64,000 nucleotides of DNA from assembly GCA_047921155.1 (NCBI GenBank), contig JBLRWU010000001.1, positions 5,362 through 69,361 of the forward strand, read 5' to 3'. Below are positions 27,937 through 36,720 of the stretch, one piece after another. The DNA is from Desulfurivibrio sp. (GTDB lineage Bacteria; Desulfobacterota; Desulfobulbia; Desulfobulbales; Desulfurivibrionaceae). Below the pieces are notes generated by a model that saw nothing but the letters and a program-made list of their open reading frames with translations, had not been told where the DNA came from and ran no database searches. Within the stretch, counting starts at the first letter, position 1. Each line of letters starts with the position of its first letter. Made by a program: the position numbers and the translations under genes.

Positions 27937-28638
27937 ATGACGCCGCCCAAAGGTCATCGCCTGGCCCGGCTGATCCTGGACTTACGGACGCCGATGCTCT
28001 ACCTGGGGATCCTTCTGGTGGTGGCGACCATGGGCTTCACCGTGGTTTCACCGCAAGCTTTACGCCTACTGCAAGCCCACCTGAGCCAGGAACTGGCCTA
28101 TTTCACCGTCACCGACCCCTTCCTGGCCCATGTACGGCTGGGGTTGGGGCTGGCCATTTTCACCACCGTGCCGCTCTTCTCCTGGTGGTTCTGGAAAGCG
28201 ATGGCCGGGCCGTTCAAGCTTACCCGGATCACCCGGCTCTGGTTTGCGGCCTTCAGCTGCCTGCTCTTCTACGGCGGCGCCATCTTCTGTTTTCTGGTCA
28301 CCCTGCCCCTGGGGGTTAATTTTTTGCTGGGCTATCAGTCCGAGCAGTTGCAGGCCGTGATCGCGGTGGGCAAGTTCGTCACCTTCGTCACCGTCTTCGT
28401 GCTGGCCTTCGGTTTTATCGCCATGCTGCCGATCTTCATGGTCTTCGGGGCCAAAACCCGGCTGATGACCCGGCAAAGGTTCGAACGCAACCGGGGTTAT
28501 GCGGTACTGATTATCACCATTATCTCCGCCCTGATCACCCCCACCCCGGATGTGGTCAACCTTTCCTTCATGGCAGCGCCGATGTATCTGCTTTACGAAT
28601 CGGGTATTATGATCATCAAGCTGCTTAAAATCGAGTAA
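27937..28638 (+). CDS. tatC: Divergent TatC-family membrane protein
   Basis: About six hydrophobic segments, C-terminal ALITPTPD and LLYE motifs; N-terminal and loop motifs are altered. Confidence 0.75.
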   Translation: MTPPKGHRLARLILDLRTPMLYLGILLVVATMGFTVVSPQALRLLQAHLSQELAYFTVTDPFLAHVRLGLGLAIFTTVPLFSWWFWKAMAGPFKLTRITRLWFAAFSCLLFYGGAIFCFLVTLPLGVNFLLGYQSEQLQAVIAVGKFVTFVTVFVLAFGFIAMLPIFMVFGAKTRLMTRQRFERNRGYAVLIITIISALITPTPDVVNLSFMAAPMYLLYESGIMIIKLLKIE

Positions 28639-28666
28639 CGACCCGGGACGGAACCGAGAAAGGCCC

Positions 28667-28963
28667 ATGCCGCGACCCTACCAGCCAAAAGAGAAAAATC
28701 CCATCAAGGCCGTCATCCTGCTGCTGCTGGCGCTGCTGGCCCTTTGGATGTTGCTGAGCCCTTACGGGCTCTGGCAATACTCTCGAATTTCCCGGGAACT
28801 TGCAGGGCTGCGGGAGGAGAACAGTCGCCTGGAACAGGAAAATCACGAACTGCTCATCGAGCTCGAAAGGCTGCGCAACGACCCGGAGTATATCGAAGAG
28901 CTGGCCCGCCGGGAACACGGCCTGCTGAAAAAAAACGAGCTGATCTTCAACTTCAGCCGCTGA
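28667..28963 (+). CDS. Septum formation initiator (FtsB/DivIC family)
   Basis: Single TM, coiled coil, YIEELARREHGLLKKNELIF. Confidence 0.9.
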   Translation: MPRPYQPKEKNPIKAVILLLLALLALWMLLSPYGLWQYSRISRELAGLREENSRLEQENHELLIELERLRNDPEYIEELARREHGLLKKNELIFNFSR

Positions 28964-28971
28964 TCGGTTTC

Positions 28972-29151
28972 TTACCCCCTGCCTCTCCCGCCTTTACGCC
29001 CCCTTTCCAACGCGGCCACCTTTTTCTCCAGCTCCTCGCTGAGCTTGACCCGCCCCTCAAGAACACATCCCCGCCGCCCGGGGATGCAATCGGATTTCAA
29101 TTTCTGGCAATTATTGAGATTAAAATCGTAGTTACGGCAGGAGAAAGTCAT
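28972..29151 (-). CDS. Small four-cysteine hypothetical protein (59 aa), not in the ORF track
   Basis: Hand translation: MTFSCRNYDFNLNNCQKLKSDCIPGRRGCVLEGRVKLSEELEKKVAALERGRKGGRGRG*. ATG lies 18 nt after the sixA stop and the ORF fills the intergenic gap. Confidence 0.7.
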   Translation of the reverse strand: MTFSCRNYDFNLNNCQKLKSDCIPGRRGCVLEGRVKLSEELEKKVAALERGRKGGRGRG

Positions 29152-29169
29152 GAATCACCACTGCTGTTG

Positions 29170-29658
29170 TTAAGCTTTGGGGTAATCGTAAAAGAGCAGG
29201 CTACCGATCCCCCGCTCAACATCCAGCCAGGAGTCCACCGGAAAATTTAAAGCAACCAGGCCGCATGGGGGGATATTAGCGAACTTTTCACCACTCAGCC
29301 ACTCGGCCAGGATGGTTAGATAGGGGTTGTGGCCCACCAGCATCGCTCGGGACAGGTTGTCGTCAAAAGCCCGGATAACGGTCAGCAGGCCGTCGATGCC
29401 CTCGTAGTAGATCTTCTCGTCGCAACTGATCCGGGCCGCCGGGTAGCCCAGGGAATCGGCGAAGATGCGGGCGGTTTGGCGGGTTCTTTTGGAGGGACTG
29501 GCCGCAATCAGTTCCGGGGAAAAGGCGTGATCCCGCAATAATCGCGCCATCACCGGGGCATCCGCCATGCCGCGCTCATCGAGCGACCGTTCAAAGTCGC
29601 TGGATTCACCGCTCATCCATCCCGCTTTGGCATGCCGCAGTAAACAGAGAGTCTTCAT
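29170..29658 (-). CDS. sixA: SixA-family histidine phosphatase
   Basis: LLRHAKA, SPSKRTRQTA, LVGHNP. Confidence 0.88.
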   Translation of the reverse strand: MKTLCLLRHAKAGWMSGESSDFERSLDERGMADAPVMARLLRDHAFSPELIAASPSKRTRQTARIFADSLGYPAARISCDEKIYYEGIDGLLTVIRAFDDNLSRAMLVGHNPYLTILAEWLSGEKFANIPPCGLVALNFPVDSWLDVERGIGSLLFYDYPKA

Positions 29659-29671
29659 GACGACGTCAAGC

Positions 29672-31048
29672 TCAACGGGCAGGGTGCGGGGGGGCCGGGG
29701 CCGGACTCAAAACGCCCCACTCCACCAGCCGTTGCTGGGCATAACCCGACTGACCGCCACTGCCCGCCTGCTGAAGGTAGCGGAGATACTCCCGGGAAGC
29801 CGCTTGGGTCTGGCCCATATTTTCAAGGGCCACCCCCTTGAGGAAGGTGGTATTGGGGTTGCCGGGCAGAAGTCGATCATACTCCTCGAAGTAACGGTGG
29901 GCGGTCCCGTTGTCACCCAGGCCGAGGCGGGCAATCCCGGCCACCTGCAGGGCCTGGGGTTCGGCGGGATAAACCTGACGGGCGGCCTCGGCTAAGCGGG
30001 CCGCCTCTTCTTTATTACCCAGACCGTACTGGCAGCGGGACATCAGCAGCAGGCCGGGGTAATCATCCGGAGCCAGCCCCAGCGCCTTTTTGAAATGGGG
30101 CTCGGCCTGGACAAACCGTTCCCGGGCCATCTCCCTTTCCCCGATCTGCTGAGCCTCGATGGCCGGTCGCAGACGCCGCAGGCCGGCCAGGTTATCCTGG
30201 TATCGTTCCCGGTTGCGCGGCCGCCCCTGCTCCTCCCGGTAACGGCTGGCCGCCATGTTTTCGGCAGTGGCCAGTCGCTCGTTGCTCATGGGATGGGTGG
30301 AGAACATCAGCTCCAGGGCATTGGGTTTGCTCTGGGACTGCGCCACCAGCATCCGGTGCAACCCCACCATCCCGGCGGGATTGTGCCCGGCCTTGGCCGC
30401 GTACTCCATGCCCAGGGCATCGGCTTCCCGTTCGTTTTCCCGGCTGTAGTGGGCCAGCAGGGCACCGGCGGTTAGCCCGCCCAGGGTCTGCACCAAGGGG
30501 GCCAGGCCCTGGCGATCCTCGGAGCTTGCCACCGCCACCCCGGCCCCCACCACCGCCAGTTGGGCAAAGATCCCTTTGGTCATCCGCTGGGCGGCGTGGC
30601 GGGCGTTGACATGGCCAACCTCATGGCCCAAGAGGGCGACCAGTTCGGCCTCATCACCCATCTCCAGCAGAATACCGCGGGTCACCCCAACGGTGCCGCC
30701 GGGAAAGGCGTAGGCATTGATGTAGTTGGCATTGACCACTTGAAATGAGTAGGGCATCTCCGGGCGGTGGGAATGGCTGGCCAGTTCAGCGCCCAGGGAA
30801 CCCACGTAACGGTTGAGAGCGCCGTCCCGGGAAACACCGAAATCGGCGGAGAACTGGTGGGGTGAGTGTTCCTGGTCGATGGCGATCTCCTGCCCCTCGG
30901 AGAGCAGCATCAACTGCTGGCGGCCGGTGACCGGATTGACCGCGCAACCGCCCAGCATGGCCCCGGCGGCAGAAACCGACATCAGGGCCAGAAAATCACG
31001 ACGGGAAAGGGCAAGGGACGAGCTGCGGCGATAAACGGAAGTTTTCAT
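29672..31048 (-). CDS. M48 family metalloprotease with TPRs, predicted Tat-exported lipoprotein
   Basis: SRRDFL twin-arginine motif, LGGC lipobox, NPVTGR, NAYAFPGG, HEVGH, YSRENEREAD, STHP. Confidence 0.88.
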   Translation of the reverse strand: MKTSVYRRSSSLALSRRDFLALMSVSAAGAMLGGCAVNPVTGRQQLMLLSEGQEIAIDQEHSPHQFSADFGVSRDGALNRYVGSLGAELASHSHRPEMPYSFQVVNANYINAYAFPGGTVGVTRGILLEMGDEAELVALLGHEVGHVNARHAAQRMTKGIFAQLAVVGAGVAVASSEDRQGLAPLVQTLGGLTAGALLAHYSRENEREADALGMEYAAKAGHNPAGMVGLHRMLVAQSQSKPNALELMFSTHPMSNERLATAENMAASRYREEQGRPRNRERYQDNLAGLRRLRPAIEAQQIGEREMARERFVQAEPHFKKALGLAPDDYPGLLLMSRCQYGLGNKEEAARLAEAARQVYPAEPQALQVAGIARLGLGDNGTAHRYFEEYDRLLPGNPNTTFLKGVALENMGQTQAASREYLRYLQQAGSGGQSGYAQQRLVEWGVLSPAPAPPHPAR

Positions 31049-31133
31049 GACGAGCCTCCATGGCGATAAAACCGGATTCAACGCTCAGCATAAAATATTT
31101 TTCCGGCCAGGGCCATGATTTCGGCCACCCCGC

Positions 31134-32363
31134 TTAGCGGAAGATGACCCGGCAGAAGCGGCGCTTGCCCACCTTGAGCAAAACCTCGCCGGCGGCCGGG
31201 ATGGCAGTTTCGATGGCGGTGATCTTGTCACCGTTGACGCTGACCGCCTGCTGCTCGATCATCCGCCGAGCCTCGCCGGTACTCTTGACCAAACCGGTAT
31301 CGCAGAGCAGCCGGGGCAGCCACAGGGGTTCGGAACCGGCTGCCAGGGTTACCTCCGGCAGATCCTCGGGCAGTTGGTGCTGGCTGAAGACCCGTTCGAA
31401 ATTATCCTCGGCGCGGACAGCGGCCTCGCGGCCGTAAAAGCGGGTCACCAGCTCCCGGGCCAGACGCTGCTTGATCGCCTTGGGGTGGGCCTGGCCCGCC
31501 TCCATCTCCCGATGCAACGCAGCAATCTCCTCCAGGGAGAGGTCACTGAGCAGTTCGTAGTAGCGAAACATCAACTGGTCGGGCATGGAGAGAGTCTTGC
31601 CGTAGATATCATCGGCACTTTCGGTGATCCCGATATAGTTGCCCAGAGACTTGCTCATCTTGTTGACCCCGTCCAGCCCCTCCAGCAGGGGCATGGTCAG
31701 CACCACCTGGGGAGCCTGGCCCCAGACCCGCTGAAGATCGCGGCCCATCAGCAGGTTGAAAAGCTGATCGGTGCCACCCAGCTCGACATCGGCCTTCAGG
31801 GCCACCGAATCGTAGCCCTGGATCAGGGGATACATGAACTCGTGAATTCCGATGGGTTTCTCCCCGGCAAAGCGCTGCTTGAAATCCTCCCGCTCCAGCA
31901 TTCGGGCCACGGTGAGCTGGCCGGCCAACTGGATCATCTCCCGCGAGGAGAGCTGATTGAGCCAGGAGCTGTTGAACACCACCCGGGTCTTATCCGGGTC
32001 GAGGATTTTAAACACCTGCTCCTTGTAGGTTTCGGCGTTGGCCGCCACCTCTTCCGCACTCAGGGGTTTTCTGGTCTCCGACTTGCCGGTGGGATCGCCG
32101 ATCATCCCGGTGAAATCACCGATCAGAAAGCAGATCTCATGCCCTAGCTCCTGGAACTGCTTCATCTTCTGGATCAGCACCGTATGCCCCAGGTGGAGAT
32201 CGGGAGCGGTGGGATCAAAACCGGCCTTGATCCGCAGCGGCACTCCGCTATCCTGGGATTGACGCAGTTTTTTTTCCAGATCCTCGGGGGAGATCACCTG
32301 GGCCGCGCCGCGGGTCAGGTACTCCATCTGCTCACTGATCCTCATCTCATCGTTCATCGCCAT
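31134..32363 (-). CDS. tyrS: Tyrosyl-tRNA synthetase
   Basis: [32 protein letters not shown]-terminal S4-like domain. Confidence 0.97.
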   Translation of the reverse strand: MAMNDEMRISEQMEYLTRGAAQVISPEDLEKKLRQSQDSGVPLRIKAGFDPTAPDLHLGHTVLIQKMKQFQELGHEICFLIGDFTGMIGDPTGKSETRKPLSAEEVAANAETYKEQVFKILDPDKTRVVFNSSWLNQLSSREMIQLAGQLTVARMLEREDFKQRFAGEKPIGIHEFMYPLIQGYDSVALKADVELGGTDQLFNLLMGRDLQRVWGQAPQVVLTMPLLEGLDGVNKMSKSLGNYIGITESADDIYGKTLSMPDQLMFRYYELLSDLSLEEIAALHREMEAGQAHPKAIKQRLARELVTRFYGREAAVRAEDNFERVFSQHQLPEDLPEVTLAAGSEPLWLPRLLCDTGLVKSTGEARRMIEQQAVSVNGDKITAIETAIPAAGEVLLKVGKRRFCRVIFR

Positions 32364-32368
32364 CGCCC

Positions 32369-33937
32369 CTACTTGGCGTACTCCACGGTTCTGCTCTCCC
32401 GGATTACCGTAACCCTGATCTGGCCGGGATAGGTCAGCTCCTCTTCGATCTTCTTGACGATATCCTTGGTGATCAGGGCCGCCTCGGCATCGCTGAGCTT
32501 GCCGCTGTCCACGATCACCCGGATTTCGCGGCCGGCCTGAATGGCATAGGACTTATCCACCCCCTTGAAGCCGTTGGCGATCTTTTCCAGATCTTCCAGG
32601 CGCTTGACATAGGACTCCAGCATCTCCTTGCGGGCCCCGGGACGGGCGCCGGAGAGGGCGTCGGCCGACTGGACCAGAATATCGAGCAGACTTTCCGGGG
32701 CGACATCCTCGTGATGGGCGGCGATGGCATGGATCACCTCGGGAGACTCACCATACTTCTTGGCCAGATCGGCCCCGATGCTGGCGTGCGACCCTTCCAC
32801 CTCGTGGTCCACCGCCTTGCCGATATCGTGGAGCAGGCCGGCCCGCTTGGCCTGTTTGACATTGATTCCCAGTTCGGCCGCCATAATCCCGCAAAGAAAG
32901 GCAACTTCCAGAGAGTGCTGCAGGCAGTTCTGGCTGTAGCTGGTCCGGTACTTGAGCCGCCCCAGCAGCTTGATCAGTTCGGGGTTGACCCCATGGGCGC
33001 CGACATCGAAGGTGGCCTGTTCGCCGGCCTCCCGCATCCCCACCTCCAGCTCCTCGGCTACCTTGTTGACCACCTCTTCGATCCGGGCCGGATGGATCCG
33101 GCCATCGGCGATCAGCCGTTCCAGGGCCAGCCTGGCCACCTCCCGGCGTACCGGATTGAAACCGGAGAGGATCACCGCCTCGGGAGTGTCGTCAATGATC
33201 ACATCAATGCCGGTGGCCGCCTCGATGGCCCGGATATTACGCCCTTCCCGACCGATGATCCGGCCCTTCATCTCATCACCGGGCAGGGGCACCACCGAAA
33301 CCGTTCTTTCGGCGACATAATCTCCGGCGTAGCGGGAGATCGCCAGGGCCAGAATATTCTTGGCCTTGCGGTCGGCCTTGAGCTTCATCTCGTTTTCGAT
33401 CTTGACTACCGCCTTGGCTCCCTCCATCCGGGCCTCGCTCTCGATGCTCTCAATCAGCATCGCCTTGGCCTCTTCCCGGGAAATCCCGGCGATCTTTTCC
33501 AGCCGACCCCGCTGCTCCTCAACCAGGCTGTCGATCTCGCGGTTACGATTTTTCAGTTGCTCTTCATCACGAGCCAGCCCCTGCTCCTTCTTGATCAGCT
33601 CCAGCTCCCGCTGATCCAGCAGATCGATCTTGCGTTCCATCTGGTCCAGCTTCTGGATCAGCCTTTTTTCCTCCTCGGTCACCTCCTTCTTACGATCACG
33701 GATCTCCTTATCCGTTTCCTGCTTCAGTTGCAGGGCCTCGTCACGACTCTGCAGAGCGGCCTCCTTACGGATCCGCTCCGCTTCGGCCAGGGCATTTTCC
33801 ACCAGTTTGCGCCCCTGGGCCTCGGCATTCTCCCGGCGGCCCTCGGAAATAACCTTACGCAGCATAAACCCGACCGCCAAACCGACAGCCAGTGCCAACA
33901 GGCCCGCCACCCCGATAATCAGTACGATATTGGACAC
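32369..33937 (-). CDS. rny: Ribonuclease Y
   Basis: N-terminal TM, coiled coil, KH domain ([14 protein letters not shown]), HD domain (LLHDIGK), [13 protein letters not shown] start at 33937 with a GGGGAG RBS. Confidence 0.96.
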   Translation of the reverse strand: MSNIVLIIGVAGLLALAVGLAVGFMLRKVISEGRRENAEAQGRKLVENALAEAERIRKEAALQSRDEALQLKQETDKEIRDRKKEVTEEEKRLIQKLDQMERKIDLLDQRELELIKKEQGLARDEEQLKNRNREIDSLVEEQRGRLEKIAGISREEAKAMLIESIESEARMEGAKAVVKIENEMKLKADRKAKNILALAISRYAGDYVAERTVSVVPLPGDEMKGRIIGREGRNIRAIEAATGIDVIIDDTPEAVILSGFNPVRREVARLALERLIADGRIHPARIEEVVNKVAEELEVGMREAGEQATFDVGAHGVNPELIKLLGRLKYRTSYSQNCLQHSLEVAFLCGIMAAELGINVKQAKRAGLLHDIGKAVDHEVEGSHASIGADLAKKYGESPEVIHAIAAHHEDVAPESLLDILVQSADALSGARPGARKEMLESYVKRLEDLEKIANGFKGVDKSYAIQAGREIRVIVDSGKLSDAEAALITKDIVKKIEEELTYPGQIRVTVIRESRTVEYAK

Positions 33938-34460
33938 GGACTCCCCCCTTGTAATTAGATTATGACTACACCAAAAGAGAGGAAAAACAGGAAGAAAACG
34001 GGGAGAGAAGAGGGTGTTCGGGCCACAGGAAGCCCCATCCTGGCGGACGGGACACGGTCGCCCGGCTTCACGGGCTGCACTTGTCGTCGGGGGCAACGTC
34101 TGCCCGTCGGTTAATCGTCAGCGCAAGGACTGGAGGATTAACCGCAGCAGTGCTTATGGATCCGTCGACAACTGAAAAGAAAAATCACCGCTAAAAGGTC
34201 CTGCTGCCCCGTCCAACGCCGCAAAGCCCGTAACCGGACCCAACAAACCGTCCCGGGCTGCACTAAACGCCTGTAAAACCACCCTCGAATATCACCGGGC
34301 GCCCCGGCCGCCGGTTTCCCGACCCCTGACCGCGACGCGTAAAAACACTGCTTCCTCTCTAGTAAACGACAGCAAAATATATAAAACCCCTGCACGGGGG
34401 CGTTGCCATCCAGCTAACGGCAGGTTCCCGAAAGTGAACTTGCCGTTATAGCAAAAAAAA

Positions 34461-34645
34461 TCCCCCGCCATTGCCGTGCCCGGACAGTGACATCGAACCT
34501 AACAGTGTTAGGTGGGCGATACCAGTGTTTCCCTCTTAAGGAATTCGCCCAAAGACGATCTCCTTGCAGAAAACAGCTTGCGGTCACCCTCAATGTCAAT
34601 GTTGGCTCGAAATTTATCTGCCCGATCACAAACAAGGCAGGGGAA
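34461..34645 (-). ncRNA. ssrS: 6S RNA
   Basis: About 185 nt directly downstream of zapA (conserved zapA-ssrS synteny). The ends pair (CCCCTGCC...GGCGGGGG), TCGAGCC pairs with GGTTCGA next to a central bubble, and a T run follows. Confidence 0.85.
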
Positions 34646-34649
34646 ACCG

Positions 34650-34943
34650 TTACACCTCATTTTGGCCGGCCTGTTCGACCCGCTCGCTGAGCCGGCCCAG
34701 ATGTTGCTCAACCTGCTGCCGGTACTCTTTAAATTCACGCTTCAACCGAACGTACTGGCCGGCCATGTTCAAGCTGGTAAGAATGGCGGCCTTGTTGGCC
34801 GGCAGCCCCCGACTGCTGCCCCGGCTGGCTTCCTCCAGATGGGTTTTGACCAGATGGAGGATCTCCTGCACATCCTCTTCGGGCGCGTCGGTGAAGAGGG
34901 GATACTCCTGGCCCAGCACTTCGAATTTAACCAGCCGTTCCAA
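34650..34943 (-). CDS. zapA: Cell division protein ZapA
   Basis: VKFEVLGQEY, AAILTSLNMA, C-terminal coiled coil; position upstream of 6S RNA. Confidence 0.85.
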   Translation of the reverse strand: MERLVKFEVLGQEYPLFTDAPEEDVQEILHLVKTHLEEASRGSSRGLPANKAAILTSLNMAGQYVRLKREFKEYRQQVEQHLGRLSERVEQAGQNEV

Positions 34944-35004
34944 GCCCGTCTCCTTTCAAGGGTTACCAAAAACCGCGATCCTTGGCAATATGTTTTACAC
35001 TCCG

Positions 35005-35280
35005 CTAAACCTGCTCCCCATCCCCGGTCGCGGCTGGTTGCCCGTCGGAAAAGCTGCGTTCCCATTTTTCGATGGTATCGATCAAGCCCCCCACCCGGTG
35101 CCGGACCTGGTCCTTCTCCTCCCGCAGGCGGGCAAGCTCCTGCTTCAACTCACCGTTTTCCTCGCCCAACCGTTGCAGTTGCTCAACCAGTTTTCTTTTT
35201 TCGGCCGCCGCGGCGTCCAGGCTGCCCATCAATTTGCTGACTATGGCCTCCAGCCGATTAAGACTTTCCACATGTTCCAT
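35005..35280 (-). CDS. zapB: ZapB-like coiled-coil protein
   Basis: Entirely coiled coil (LNRLEAIVSKL...EKDQVRHRVGGLI), directly upstream of zapA. Confidence 0.75.
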   Translation of the reverse strand: MEHVESLNRLEAIVSKLMGSLDAAAAEKRKLVEQLQRLGEENGELKQELARLREEKDQVRHRVGGLIDTIEKWERSFSDGQPAATGDGEQV

Positions 35281-35394
35281 AATAAGTATACTCCGCAAAA
35301 AAGACAAAAAAATAATTAGTTACACGATATTATTCAGAATAAACAGCAGGTTGCAATCTACCTTGGCCGCCCCCGGCGGTCAAGGTATTTTACC

Positions 35395-35503
35395 GTAAGC
35401 GGTCACGGGGCACCGCATCTTGCGGCGATCGTTCCGGCTCACGTACTGGCGTACGCATCGCCGTCCCGCTTGCCGCAACCTGCGGCACCCCGTGACCGCT
35501 TAT
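35395..35503. mobile_element. MITE-like hairpin element (copy B), 109 bp
   Basis: GTAAGCGGTCACGGGG...CCCCGTGACCGCTTAT, colinear with the 15209 copy. No TSD is visible. An extra terminus-like GTAACCGTTCAC sits at 35526-35537. Confidence 0.8.
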
Positions 35504-35558
35504 CTTGTGGCCTCTGTGATCGCTTGTAACCGTTCACCAGGGCCAACAAAGTGTTGAT

Positions 35559-36566
35559 TTAACGGGCTCCGGGAAGCGGCCGTTGCCCCGCCGCCACCCT
35601 GGTTCCGCACAAGTCGCTGAAGGAAGGGATTTCGGCCCCCTCTTCCAGAATACAGTCGTGGAGTTTGACGAAGGGATCGATCCGGCAACCGGGCCCGATC
35701 CGGGTCCGGCCGCTGATCTGGACCCCGGCGGCGATAATGGTGTCCGGACCGATCTCCACCCCCCCGGCGATCAGGGTGGTTTCCGGTTGCAGCAGCGTGA
35801 CCCCGCTCTCCATCAGTTCGCGGTTGCGGCGCTGCTGCAGCAGAGCGTGGGCCCGGGCCAGTTCCACCCGGGAGTTGACCCCGAGCATCTCGTCGGCATC
35901 GGGGCAGCACCAGTGCTGCACCTTGCGCCCTGCGGCCACCGCAATGGCAACGATATCGGTCAGGTACATCTCGTTCTGGCGGTTGTCGCTGCCCACCTCG
36001 GCCAGAGCCTGGAAAAGAAAGTCGTTGGTTACACAATAGATTCCGGCATTGACCTCGCCGATCTGCTTTTCCGCCGCGGAGGCATCCTTCTCCTCGACAA
36101 TCCGCAGCAGGCGCCCCCGGGTATCGCAGACCAGCCGGCCGTAGCCGAAGGGATCTTGCGGTCGGGCGCTGAGGACACTGAGGCTCGCTGCGTTACGCCG
36201 ATGAATCGCCAGCAGATTTTTCAGCGTTTGGGGGCGGATCAGGGGGGTATCGCCACAAAGGATCAGGGTGGTCCCGGGTCGACCGGCCAACAGATCGGCA
36301 GCGGCCAGTACCGCGTGGGCGGTGCCGTTTTGCTCTCGCTGCACGGCGATTTCCAGCTTCCGTCCGGCCAGCACCTGTTCAATCTCCCGGCGCTGATGCC
36401 CCAGCACCACCACGGTTGCCGTCGGCTCCAGGGGCGCCACCGCATCCAGCACATGATCGATCATCGGGGCAAAAAAGAGTTGGTGCAGCACCTTGGCCCG
36501 GCGCGAACGCATCCGGGTGCCCTTGCCGGCCGCCAGCACCAGGAGATAGAGGGGTAAATTGTCCAT
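35559..36566 (-). CDS. glmU: GlmU-like UDP-GlcNAc pyrophosphorylase with only a short hexapeptide-repeat tail (335 aa)
   Basis: LAAGKGTRM, Q.GTAHAV, GDTPL, PFGYGR, IVEEKDA, EVNAGIY, EMYLTD, GVNSR. It ends after a few LbH turns. Confidence 0.8.
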   Translation of the reverse strand: MDNLPLYLLVLAAGKGTRMRSRRAKVLHQLFFAPMIDHVLDAVAPLEPTATVVVLGHQRREIEQVLAGRKLEIAVQREQNGTAHAVLAAADLLAGRPGTTLILCGDTPLIRPQTLKNLLAIHRRNAASLSVLSARPQDPFGYGRLVCDTRGRLLRIVEEKDASAAEKQIGEVNAGIYCVTNDFLFQALAEVGSDNRQNEMYLTDIVAIAVAAGRKVQHWCCPDADEMLGVNSRVELARAHALLQQRRNRELMESGVTLLQPETTLIAGGVEIGPDTIIAAGVQISGRTRIGPGCRIDPFVKLHDCILEEGAEIPSFSDLCGTRVAAGQRPLPGAR

Positions 36567-36720
36567 AATCAGGTATTTTCCAGCTATTCCCCGGTTCGGG
36601 AACACCAGGCTTCTCTCCCGGAGATATTAATTAGTTTCCCTGCCAAATCGGCCCCGCCCACTATATAACCTGCGGGCACCGGCGACAAGCTGGTAAATGT
36701 AACGGCATGGCGCCGCAGCT

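Noticed and set aside
32369-34096. Upstream-extended starts in the ORF track (rny, lpxC, purM, murJ, rsfS, thrC, tatA, BepA-like and others)
   Set aside because: The extensions do not resemble the protein families; downstream starts match family N-termini and in several cases have an RBS.
34138-34395. 85-aa ORF in the ssrS-rny spacer
   Set aside because: Atypical codons, no RBS and no motif; it does not resemble YgfA.
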